Assembly: GCA_963669175.1 (NCBI GenBank)
Contig: OY769902.1
Location: forward strand, 928,001 to 992,000
Direction of reading: 5' to 3'
DNA length: 64,000 bases
Source: a bacterium
Lineage (GTDB): Bacteria > Electryoneota > Electryoneia > Electryoneales > Electryoneaceae
Positions 1 through 8,613 of the stretch are shown piece after piece. The stretch's first letter is position 1, and the number at the start of each line of letters is the position of its first letter. A program made the translations under genes and the position numbers. The notes under the pieces were generated by a model. That model saw only the letters and a list, made by a program, of their open reading frames with translations, searched no databases and was not told where the DNA came from.

Positions 1-379
1 CCGGGTCTGACAACGGCTTCAACGAATCCAGTTCTGCCAGTTCAGGCGGAAGATCCGCAGGAGGCTCCGGTGTATTTCCCAGCAGACGTTTGATCCGTTC
101 GAATCCTGACGAGGTAGGATAGGTGACGATATAGAATGTTCTTTTGGGAACGCCAAGTGAATCCACCCCTTCGTTCAGAACATACAATTTCCGAACCGGG
201 TCTGGTTCCGGGGAAAGACTCCAGATCGAGATGCCCGCTACAGCCACAAGGAAGAACAGGGCGACAAGGCCTGCCACGACCACCTGTTTTTTTCGGTCGG
301 CTCGCTTGTAGCGACGTACAGCGTCTCCACGTCTCGGGCGAGTGGAGGGAGAAGAAGCGTGTTTTTTATGTGATCGCAT
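1..379 (-). CDS. Partial hypothetical protein with an N-terminal membrane anchor (runs off the window)
   Basis: Hand translation from ATG at 379 is open to the window edge: MRSHKKHASSPSTRPRRGDAVRRYKRADRKKQVVVAGLVALFFLVAVAGISIWSLSPEPDP... (basic N-terminus plus one TM helix). Not in the ORF track because the stop codon is outside the window. Confidence 0.65.
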   Translation of the reverse strand, partial: MRSHKKHASSPSTRPRRGDAVRRYKRADRKKQVVVAGLVALFFLVAVAGISIWSLSPEPDPVRKLYVLNEGVDSLGVPKRTFYIVTYPTSSGFERIKRLLGNTPEPPADLPPELAELDSLKPLSDP

Positions 380-426
380 ATGCGTTGTGTTCTAGCAAAA
401 TGACCGGACAAAATCGAACGTCCAGT

Positions 427-2895
427 TTACTTCACCAACAACAGCTTCTGCAAGTGTGTTGTTCCATCCCCGGTGGTCAACCGGGCAAAATAAACCCCGG
501 TAGACAGGTGATCCGCCTGCCAGGTAACGGTATGCACACCCGCCTCCATGACGCCATCCATCAGCAAAGCCACCTTCCTGCCGAGTACATCGAAAACTTC
601 CACACGCGCCGCCGTCCGGGCAGGAAGAGCTACTTTCAGCGTGGTCGTGGAGTTAAACGGATTCGGCCAGGGGGATGCCAGTGAAATGGTTTCAGGATTA
701 ACGGAGCTTGTGCCGTCCTCAACAGATACTGTGGTATGGCCACGCCCGCGAATGAAATAATCATAGTTGGCAGCAACAGCTTCCTCACCATCGTAATTAT
801 AATACCTGTCGTCATTATCACCGGGATCGCATACGATGTATGGCACCAGTATATCGCTTCCATCGTACAGGGGTGTAAGCAATTCAAGCCAAACGTAGAA
901 ACTGCTGTATTGCAACGGCAGTGACTCTCCGTCATTTATCAGCCAGGAACACCAGAAGAGAGAACCCATTCCCTCAATCCAATTGATAGTAGTTGTGTCA
1001 GCAAACATCTCCGAGAACTGCCCCAAATTGCCCGTGAAACCATGTGCGACAAGCTGAATTTCTTCGGGCCACTCCTCAAGGGGAGGCTTATAACACATGA
1101 CTTTTACGGAGTCCAGGTTGGGATCAAAACCGTCTGACCAATATGTTTCGTAATCATCCTCATTGAGAAGATGAACCATGGGGCCGTTGTTTGTATCTTC
1201 GTCCCGGGAAAAATAGGCGATATTCAGGGGACGGCGTTCATCATGCCCCAGCTCAATATCTCCGCCATCAAGCACATCCACTGTGATGGTCAGGCTATCG
1301 TTGGAGGCAACCTGGTCATCGTCACACGTGATCCATGTTGAAACAGTAAGCTCGCCCGATTCTGGCGGATACATTTGATGGGAAAGGGATAGAGTTTCAT
1401 CAACGACCAGCGAATAGGGCGGTTCTTCCAGAAACTGATAAATGCTTGAGCCAAACTGTAGAAATGCGTTGATGTTATCCATGTCTGTGCTGCCGATATT
1501 GGCTATATCAGCTCTTGTGTTAATTACCAATCCCCGGGTTGTGGGAAAAGGAACCTGAAGCCCGGTAACAGCTACGTCATTTTCCGCGTTCAACAATTCG
1601 ACCGTGAAATCATCGACATCGAAATAGCCGAAGGATATGGGGGCAACATTCGGCAAACGTGTAACCAGTCTTACTTTCACCTGGCGCCCCGCGTACGGTG
1701 TGCCATCCCAGGCAACATCCCACCCATCGCTGTGTTTTATCCACTCTTCGCCCGGTTCACCGGTGCAAATGGCGACAGTGTCTTCACCATACGGGCTGGT
1801 TGCGGGATACCAGAGTTCAAGATCACTTGGCATTACCCAGAGATCAAAGCTGAACTGGTCACGCGCCTCTTCCGCCCACTCAAATTCTCCCCTGAACCAG
1901 GCATCAAACCGAATGGATTGATCCGGCCAGATGTGGGGCAGGGTTATCCAGGGGGATTCCCAGACATGCATGACTCGCTGGGCAAAGGTGTCCATGTGAA
2001 GCGCATAATCACCGGAATGTGCGCCTTCCACCAGCGCTCTGGCAAACGAGTGTTCTGTGCTGGGATAGCCGTGCTCGTAAAATACAGGGCCACTGTTGTC
2101 ACTGTCAGGATCACCTATGTACAAGGTGTCTGACGAAGCAACAACCAGGATGCTGTCCAGTTGAAAACCAGTCCAACTGAATTCATCTCGTGTGTCGTCC
2201 CAATAATCGGAACAGAAAACAAACAGAAATTCGGCGTCTGGAACGGATAATTCTGTCCAGTTAGCGATGCAGTGATTCCAGCTACTTAATTCCGGCGAGC
2301 CAGTCCATCCGGGAATATTACCCATGCTGTCGCGATATAAATCAAAAGCATAATTTGCACCACCCAGTGAATCCGTGTTGTACGGGGTTCCATCAATATT
2401 GGTAATCACTTCCAGACGGTCACGCAATTCCGAGCGAAGCATGATAAAAGCGCCATCTCCCGTGTTGGAAGTACATGCTCGCAACAGGAAATCAAACGAT
2501 AACTGAATATCCGATCTTTCACGTAAATCTATCGGTGGCGTACGCAATATCTGGTACCATTGTCCCTCATACCCACCATTATCCGGAAATGCCGGACTTG
2601 TGGTTGAACATCTCCAACTGTTGCTGTGGCCTTGATCTCCCGCAAAGCTTGAAATCCTCCACCGGTTAGTTACCATATCATAACCGTCAAGAAGAGTCCA
2701 GCCATGATCCGCCGATTCAAAGTCCTCGCTGTAAATCAATTCATCCAATTCCATGGAGCCGGTATTATCATTTTCCGAAGGAAGTGGACGAACAATGACA
2801 TCAGCAAACACAAGTGTTCCCGCAACCAGGATCAGGAGGAGAGAAAACGTACAAGCGGCGAAAATCCGGAATGAAGTAGTTCCCATCTTGTTCAT
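427..2895 (-). CDS. Secreted protein with T9SS type A / FlgD-Ig C-terminal sorting domain (beta-sandwich and CARDB-like modules)
   Basis: 822 aa, signal peptide, acidic and aromatic-rich, CARDB-like 'NDVAV...NIGS...D.VASND' segment, C-terminal WPNPFN..VFDVLGRKV..STGVYFARL..KLLLVK. Confidence 0.8.
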   Translation of the reverse strand: MNKMGTTSFRIFAACTFSLLLILVAGTLVFADVIVRPLPSENDNTGSMELDELIYSEDFESADHGWTLLDGYDMVTNRWRISSFAGDQGHSNSWRCSTTSPAFPDNGGYEGQWYQILRTPPIDLRERSDIQLSFDFLLRACTSNTGDGAFIMLRSELRDRLEVITNIDGTPYNTDSLGGANYAFDLYRDSMGNIPGWTGSPELSSWNHCIANWTELSVPDAEFLFVFCSDYWDDTRDEFSWTGFQLDSILVVASSDTLYIGDPDSDNSGPVFYEHGYPSTEHSFARALVEGAHSGDYALHMDTFAQRVMHVWESPWITLPHIWPDQSIRFDAWFRGEFEWAEEARDQFSFDLWVMPSDLELWYPATSPYGEDTVAICTGEPGEEWIKHSDGWDVAWDGTPYAGRQVKVRLVTRLPNVAPISFGYFDVDDFTVELLNAENDVAVTGLQVPFPTTRGLVINTRADIANIGSTDMDNINAFLQFGSSIYQFLEEPPYSLVVDETLSLSHQMYPPESGELTVSTWITCDDDQVASNDSLTITVDVLDGGDIELGHDERRPLNIAYFSRDEDTNNGPMVHLLNEDDYETYWSDGFDPNLDSVKVMCYKPPLEEWPEEIQLVAHGFTGNLGQFSEMFADTTTINWIEGMGSLFWCSWLINDGESLPLQYSSFYVWLELLTPLYDGSDILVPYIVCDPGDNDDRYYNYDGEEAVAANYDYFIRGRGHTTVSVEDGTSSVNPETISLASPWPNPFNSTTTLKVALPARTAARVEVFDVLGRKVALLMDGVMEAGVHTVTWQADHLSTGVYFARLTTGDGTTHLQKLLLVK

Positions 2896-3039
2896 CGATA
2901 GCCTCGCACACGTCAGTATAGAGATGGTATTGCCCTGAACATCTCTAAATATAGGTGTCTCTCACAGCTTCGCAAACTGGTTTCCCGTATTCCGAACAAT
3001 CTGTCTTGCCTCCTCCTTGCAGGGGCACTACTTTCTGGC

Positions 3040-3807
3040 GTGCGACACAATACCGACATTTTCACGTCTCCAGAACAGAAACTGGTAATCGTTGCGGACG
3101 CCCATCTACCCCTTGATGGACGCCCTGGCGCCGAACTGCGTCTGAAACGGTTTAACGCACTGCTGGATAAACACCAGCAGGATACAGCCGTTTGGGTGCT
3201 ACTCGGTGATATCTTCGATTTCTGGTATGAATGGATTCATGTCGTTCCCAAGCGAGCCTTTCCCCTGTTGCATCGGTTACGGTCTCTCGTTGACCAGGGA
3301 GCACAAGTCCACCTTTTTGCCGGGAACCACGATTTTCGCATCACAGGCTTCCTGGAGAAAGAGGTTGGCCTTACTGTGCATCTGGACGAATGGGCTGCTA
3401 CGGTTGATGGCCGACGTATTTTCTTCCATCACGGTGACGGAATGGCCTCCAAAGATGTTGGCTACCGCAGGATGAAATGGGTTTTTCGGAAAAGCTGGAT
3501 GCAGCAGATTTTCGGAACGATTATCCACCCTGACCTCGCAATGAAAATTGCCAACCTGGCCAGCAGGAAAGGGTACAAGAAAAAAGAACGCTCTATCGAA
3601 GAACGCCGTCCTATTCTTGCTCAATATGAAAAACGAGCGCGCCGTATTCTATCCAATGGTTTTGACCTGGTGGTGTTCGGTCATACGCATAACGCAGCCA
3701 ATATTCACTATCCTGAGGGCTGGTATCATAACCCCGGATCTTTTGACGACGATTACGCCTACAGTGTGATCGAAGGTGGATTGCCGCAGGGGAGACGATT
3801 GAAATGA
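3040..3807 (+). CDS. lpxH: UDP-2,3-diacylglucosamine diphosphatase (LpxH-like metallophosphoesterase)
   Basis: Motifs DAH, LGDIFDFW, GNHD, HGD, GHTH. Confidence 0.8.
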   Translation: MRHNTDIFTSPEQKLVIVADAHLPLDGRPGAELRLKRFNALLDKHQQDTAVWVLLGDIFDFWYEWIHVVPKRAFPLLHRLRSLVDQGAQVHLFAGNHDFRITGFLEKEVGLTVHLDEWAATVDGRRIFFHHGDGMASKDVGYRRMKWVFRKSWMQQIFGTIIHPDLAMKIANLASRKGYKKKERSIEERRPILAQYEKRARRILSNGFDLVVFGHTHNAANIHYPEGWYHNPGSFDDDYAYSVIEGGLPQGRRLK

Positions 3808-6068
3808 ACCGGAAAAAGAATCCCAACCGGCTCTCTATCGGCTTTCTGAACAGAAACAGGCAGGATGCCACCAAGACGAAGAAAAATCTACGACGTCTGT
3901 CCTTCAAGCTTGTTGCCATCTTAGGCCTGGTAACCGGATTGCTTGGCATCGGGCTGGTGTTCACCATCATTGCTCTTCTTTCGGAAGACCTTCCCGGGCT
4001 TGAACAGCTTGAAACCTACAACCCGCGCCTGATTACGCGAGTGCTGGACCGCAATGGCGCTACATTGAAAGAGTTCTTCACCGAACGCAGACAACCGGTT
4101 CCCCTGGATTCAATATCCCAGGCAATGGTCGATGCCATTATCAGTACCGAAGATCGTAAGTTTTATGATCACTGGGGTGTGGACGTATTCGGGATCGCAC
4201 GCGCTGCTGTTGTCAACACGGTTTCCATGTCCAAGAGGCAGGGGGCTTCAACCCTGACCCAGCAATTGGCGCGAAACCTGTATCTGCATCGCCGCAGGAC
4301 GATCCGAAGAAAAATCCGCGAGATCATTACCGCTGTCAATATCGAACGCACCTACGCCAAGGACGAAATTCTGCAAATGTACTTGACCGAAATGTATTTC
4401 GGTCATGGCGCTTACGGTGTTCAGGCGGCGTCACAACGATTTTTCGGTGTCGATGCCAATGACCTTACAGCGCCTCAAGCTGCGATGCTGGCGGGCATGC
4501 TGAAGGCTCCGACACACTATTCACCCGTATATCACCCGGCCGACGCACTGCGTCGAAGGAATACTGTTCTGCAGGCCATGCTGGAGAATGGAGCGCTTTC
4601 CAAGGCCGAGTATGAGGAAGCACGGCGAACTCCTCTGCGTCTGTCCGAAGATATTTTTATCAGTGATGCCGGTGTTGCCCCCTACTTCACAGAATGGATA
4701 CGTCGGCATCTCGAGGAACTGAAAGCCGATGAAGGACTCGATTATTATCGCGATGGGCTCACGGTATATACTCCTCTCGACTCTACCCTTCAGGCAATTG
4801 CTGAAGCGGTAATTGATACCCAGTTAACAACCCTCCAGGCGGATTTTGCCGAACGCTATCGTTGGGAAGAAGACTACAAGGAATGGGCTACCAAGACCTA
4901 TACGGACAGCTTAAACGACAGCGCCCCGGAATTAACGGAAAAAGCGTTGAGCGATTCAGTCCGTAAACTGGTTAATCTGGCCATTGCAGACTCGGCCTGG
5001 GCCTGGGAGATCATCAACCGTCGCTTCCCGGTACAGGTGGCGTTTGTTGCCATGGATCCTCAAACGGGTGACATCCTGGCAATGGTGGGTGGACGCGATT
5101 TTGAAGAATCGAAGTTCAACCGGGTGATTCAATCCCAGCGTCAACCCGGGAGTACGTTCAAGCCCTTTGTATATACTACAGCGATTGATAACGGCTATCC
5201 TCCGAACTACAAAGTGCTGAACATGGTAAAACCGATTACCATGGATGACGGCACCGTATGGCGTCCGGAAAATTATTCGGTGAATGACCGTGGCGGCTAT
5301 ATGAGCCTGCGTGAGGCGCTGCGTTTATCGAAGAATAATGTCACTGTCCGTATGGTCGCCGGAGAAGATCGCCTGGTGCCCATACGTGAGGTGGTCCGAT
5401 ACGCTCACAATATGGGAATCCGTACAGAACTGCCGCCTTATCCTGCTGTGGCGCTTGGCGCGACAGGCGTGATTCCCATTGATATCGTCACCGCCTATTG
5501 TGTGTTTGCTTCCTACGGCATGCGTCCTTCACCTCGTCCGATCTGGCGCATTGAAGACCGGACCGGGGGGACTGTGGCGTCCTATGCGACTTCACGGCAT
5601 ACGGTATTAAGTGAAGAAACCGCTTATATCATGGTTGATATGCTGCAAGATGCGATTAACCGTGGCACGGGAGCCGGGGCACGTTACCGCTACAAGTTTT
5701 ACGCTCCCGCGGCCGGGAAAACCGGAACAACCAACGATTTTACCGACGCCTGGTTCATGGGGTTTACACCGCAACTGGTGGCCGGGGTGTGGATCGGGTT
5801 GGACAATCCGGCCATCAGCCTTGGTCCTGGACAAACCGGTTCACGCGCCGCCATGCCTATCTGGGCCATGTTTATGCGCAATGCCTATGAAGTGAAAGAA
5901 TGGGAACACACCAAGTTCACCAAACCGGTTGGTGTTGTGAACGTGGAAATCTGTGAAGAATCCGACGAACTGGCCGGTCCCTACTGCCCCAAGACCTACA
6001 CCGAAGTCTTCCGTCGTGGCGAAGAACCCACCACGCCTTGCTCGATTCACCGGATCGATAAACGGTAG
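3804..6068 (+). CDS. mrcA: Penicillin-binding protein 1A (transglycosylase/transpeptidase)
   Basis: EDRKFYDHWG, GASTLTQQLARN and RKIRE transglycosylase motifs; STFK, SKN and KTG transpeptidase motifs. Confidence 0.92.
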   Translation: MNRKKNPNRLSIGFLNRNRQDATKTKKNLRRLSFKLVAILGLVTGLLGIGLVFTIIALLSEDLPGLEQLETYNPRLITRVLDRNGATLKEFFTERRQPVPLDSISQAMVDAIISTEDRKFYDHWGVDVFGIARAAVVNTVSMSKRQGASTLTQQLARNLYLHRRRTIRRKIREIITAVNIERTYAKDEILQMYLTEMYFGHGAYGVQAASQRFFGVDANDLTAPQAAMLAGMLKAPTHYSPVYHPADALRRRNTVLQAMLENGALSKAEYEEARRTPLRLSEDIFISDAGVAPYFTEWIRRHLEELKADEGLDYYRDGLTVYTPLDSTLQAIAEAVIDTQLTTLQADFAERYRWEEDYKEWATKTYTDSLNDSAPELTEKALSDSVRKLVNLAIADSAWAWEIINRRFPVQVAFVAMDPQTGDILAMVGGRDFEESKFNRVIQSQRQPGSTFKPFVYTTAIDNGYPPNYKVLNMVKPITMDDGTVWRPENYSVNDRGGYMSLREALRLSKNNVTVRMVAGEDRLVPIREVVRYAHNMGIRTELPPYPAVALGATGVIPIDIVTAYCVFASYGMRPSPRPIWRIEDRTGGTVASYATSRHTVLSEETAYIMVDMLQDAINRGTGAGARYRYKFYAPAAGKTGTTNDFTDAWFMGFTPQLVAGVWIGLDNPAISLGPGQTGSRAAMPIWAMFMRNAYEVKEWEHTKFTKPVGVVNVEICEESDELAGPYCPKTYTEVFRRGEEPTTPCSIHRIDKR

Positions 6069-6244
6069 CGATTTATTACTGTAGACTGGAAGATGGACAT
6101 ATTCCCGACTCGCTCGAAACTACATCATGGTTCGAAACAGCCCCACAGTATCCATCTGTGACTATAGCAGTAACTCCATCACTTGTGAGTCGGGCCATCC
6201 GGGATACTCGATTCATAGGATCGAAAACGGTAACGCTCTGCCAG

Positions 6245-7144
6245 TTATTGTGAACCCACAGGAATGGCTTCCCGGTCTGTGCTTGTCCCCTGTGACAAGC
6301 GCTGGTTATTGTAAATTTTGTTTATTCTTCCTGTTAGCTTCCAAAGAAGCAGAACCAGCATACATCTGGCCAGAGGTTGCAGATTATCGATAACGTGGAA
6401 GGTTATCGTGTTGGTATAATAAAAACCCTTGAAATACCCCTGGAAAAATGTGTCCGGAATAAAACTCAAGAATACACCTGTTATTGAAAAGACTACTGGT
6501 ATGCATACTAACAACAAGTATACGGTGGTTGGGGTAACAACCAGTCGCGTCTTGCCCTTATACTCGGGAAAAAGCCGGGACCAGATATCTTGCATGATGA
6601 GGATGGGAATGATGAGGTTGACTAATGGAATGAAGTATCCCAGTGAAGCCCAGGGCCTCCCAAAACTCAAACGTGTTTGCAGCAATATCGATGTGTTATA
6701 ATGGCTGCGGTGTGTCCATAACGCAATAAGAATTAGGAGGATAATGTCAATACTTATTGAACCGAAACTTATTTGGCTTTTGATTTCTTTAAGGTGATGG
6801 ATTCTATCTGTCAATGCCTTGTGTTGTTGAGATAGTTCGTCAATTTTTCGTTCCTGTGCTTCGCTTTTAGAGGAATTGTTTCTTAACTCGGCCTGCAGTC
6901 TTATTCTCTCGGTGGACAATTCGACTGCGATATCATTGATAGAATTGACACGATATGAAAAGAAATCGTATAGAGCGTCGATTGCAATATTCAGGAACAG
7001 GCATACCGTAAAGAAAATCAGGAGAGGCTTTATAGGTTTGAATTGAGCCAAGACCACAATGATTTCCTTGTTTGGTTCGCTGTATCCAGTATTTGTTGTG
7101 ACAGAAAATGATCGTATATCTGTTGCCATGATACGAGTGTACAA
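6245..7144 (-). CDS. DUF4328-like membrane protein (AT-rich)
   Basis: Several TM helices, a coiled-coil insert, and a 'W..R...N....W....YFIP.VNL..P...M.DIW' signature. Confidence 0.6.
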   Translation of the reverse strand: MYTRIMATDIRSFSVTTNTGYSEPNKEIIVVLAQFKPIKPLLIFFTVCLFLNIAIDALYDFFSYRVNSINDIAVELSTERIRLQAELRNNSSKSEAQERKIDELSQQHKALTDRIHHLKEIKSQISFGSISIDIILLILIALWTHRSHYNTSILLQTRLSFGRPWASLGYFIPLVNLIIPILIMQDIWSRLFPEYKGKTRLVVTPTTVYLLLVCIPVVFSITGVFLSFIPDTFFQGYFKGFYYTNTITFHVIDNLQPLARCMLVLLLWKLTGRINKIYNNQRLSQGTSTDREAIPVGSQ

Positions 7145-7360
7145 GTTGGTATGTTTGACGTTAAAAAATCAAGAATTTTCGTTATCAAAACCATCACAAT
7201 CCTCGGGCTGAGTCACCGTTATCAATTGTGATTTTCATTCTTTCCCGGGGCCGGCCGTTTGCCATTGCCAGAAAATTTGAATTTCATGTTTTTGAGGATC
7301 TTTTCTCTGGAATGAAGGGTATATATTGAAGCTCATGGTTCCCCTCAAACGGAGGTCTGC

Positions 7361-7558
7361 ATGCCAGAGAATGTGAAGCGTTTGTTCCGCAGCCGTGAAC
7401 ACCGGATGATAGCAGGGGTTTGCGGTGGGGTTGGAGAGTACTTCGATATTGACCCTGTTGTGATTCGTCTCATATTTGCGGTGGCGACCATCCTGGGGTG
7501 GGGCTCCACTGTCGTGATCTATATTATCGCCTGGATTCTGATGCCGGAGAACTGGTAA
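7361..7558 (+). CDS. PspC domain protein
   Basis: KRLFRSREHRMIAGVCGGVGEYFDIDPVVIRL...YIIAWILMPE; GGAGG SD. Confidence 0.9.
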   Translation: MPENVKRLFRSREHRMIAGVCGGVGEYFDIDPVVIRLIFAVATILGWGSTVVIYIIAWILMPENW

Positions 7559-7573
7559 GAGGGAGGGGGGGGG

Positions 7574-8029
7574 ATGACAACTTCCGAAACGGATGGTCCC
7601 AGACGGTTATATCGCAGCCACATTGACAAATGGATTGCCGGTGTCTGCGGGGGAGTGGCAGCCTATACCAATTTGGATCCGTTGCTGATCAGGATGGGGT
7701 TGTTGGTTGTTCTCATTGCATCCAAATTCACCGCAATTGTTCTCTATCTTGTCATGTGGATCATTGTCCCTCCGGCCCCTCCCGGTTTTCACCAGGAAAC
7801 GCCGGCGTTGTCCTTGAGTAAGCTGAAACAGCGCAGGTGGGCCGGGACATTTCTCCTGCTGGTTGGCTTGACTTTCCTTGGGATCAAGCTCGACTTTTTC
7901 AACACGGATATCTGGGCCTGGATATGGCCTGTCGGAGTGATCCTGATAGGTATATTCCTGCTGGTAAAACCGGCAAAGAACAAGCAAGACGATTCTGACT
8001 CCTCTACCGAGGCTTTTGATGGCGACTAA
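7574..8029 (+). CDS. PspC domain fused to a LiaF/DUF5668-like TM hairpin
   Basis: RRLYRS..DKWIAGVCGG PspC motif followed by G.FLLLVG...IWPVGVILIGIFLL. Confidence 0.85.
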   Translation: MTTSETDGPRRLYRSHIDKWIAGVCGGVAAYTNLDPLLIRMGLLVVLIASKFTAIVLYLVMWIIVPPAPPGFHQETPALSLSKLKQRRWAGTFLLLVGLTFLGIKLDFFNTDIWAWIWPVGVILIGIFLLVKPAKNKQDDSDSSTEAFDGD

Positions 8030-8525
8030 AGCGAAAACGAAAGATTCCGGCCGTCCCGTAACGGCGGCCCTCATGTTGATCCTGATCGGTGGGTTTTTCC
8101 TTGTTGACCGGATGAACCTGATTGAATTTCACTGGCCCCTTCTTCTGATTGCAGTCGGTGTGCTGCTGCTTATTTTCGCCATTCGTGATCACAAAGTCGC
8201 CGCAGAAATATTTCCTTCCGCATTGTTCATCCTGGTCGGACTGGTGTTATATGCCGAACGTGCAACTCCCTGGTTCCACGGGGGGCTGTCCGACGCATGG
8301 CCTTTACTGATTGTGGCGATCGGGGTTGCCAATCTGCTGGGGTTCATGTTCTCGCCGAAAAAGGGGAAAGGTCAGTTGATCAGCGGAATCGTCATGATCC
8401 TGCTTGGCTTCTTCTTCTTCCTGGTGGTATTCGAGTATATCATGTGGTCGGATATCAGCAGTGTGCTGACCTGGTGGCCGGTGCTGCTTGTCGGCGTGGG
8501 GATTTACCTGTTGATTGATAAATAA
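8019..8525 (+). CDS. LiaF/LiaI-like (DUF5668) multi-TM membrane protein
   Basis: Three repeats of a 'WPLLLIA.G' TM hairpin; overlaps the upstream stop. Confidence 0.75.
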   Translation: MATKAKTKDSGRPVTAALMLILIGGFFLVDRMNLIEFHWPLLLIAVGVLLLIFAIRDHKVAAEIFPSALFILVGLVLYAERATPWFHGGLSDAWPLLIVAIGVANLLGFMFSPKKGKGQLISGIVMILLGFFFFLVVFEYIMWSDISSVLTWWPVLLVGVGIYLLIDK

Positions 8526-8613
8526 AGCCGGTACTCTGCCCAATTGGGTTGACTTCCTTGGAGTGACCGCTGTTTTCTCGTACTTTATGTGGATAGTCAT
8601 ACGAGGAATGGCC

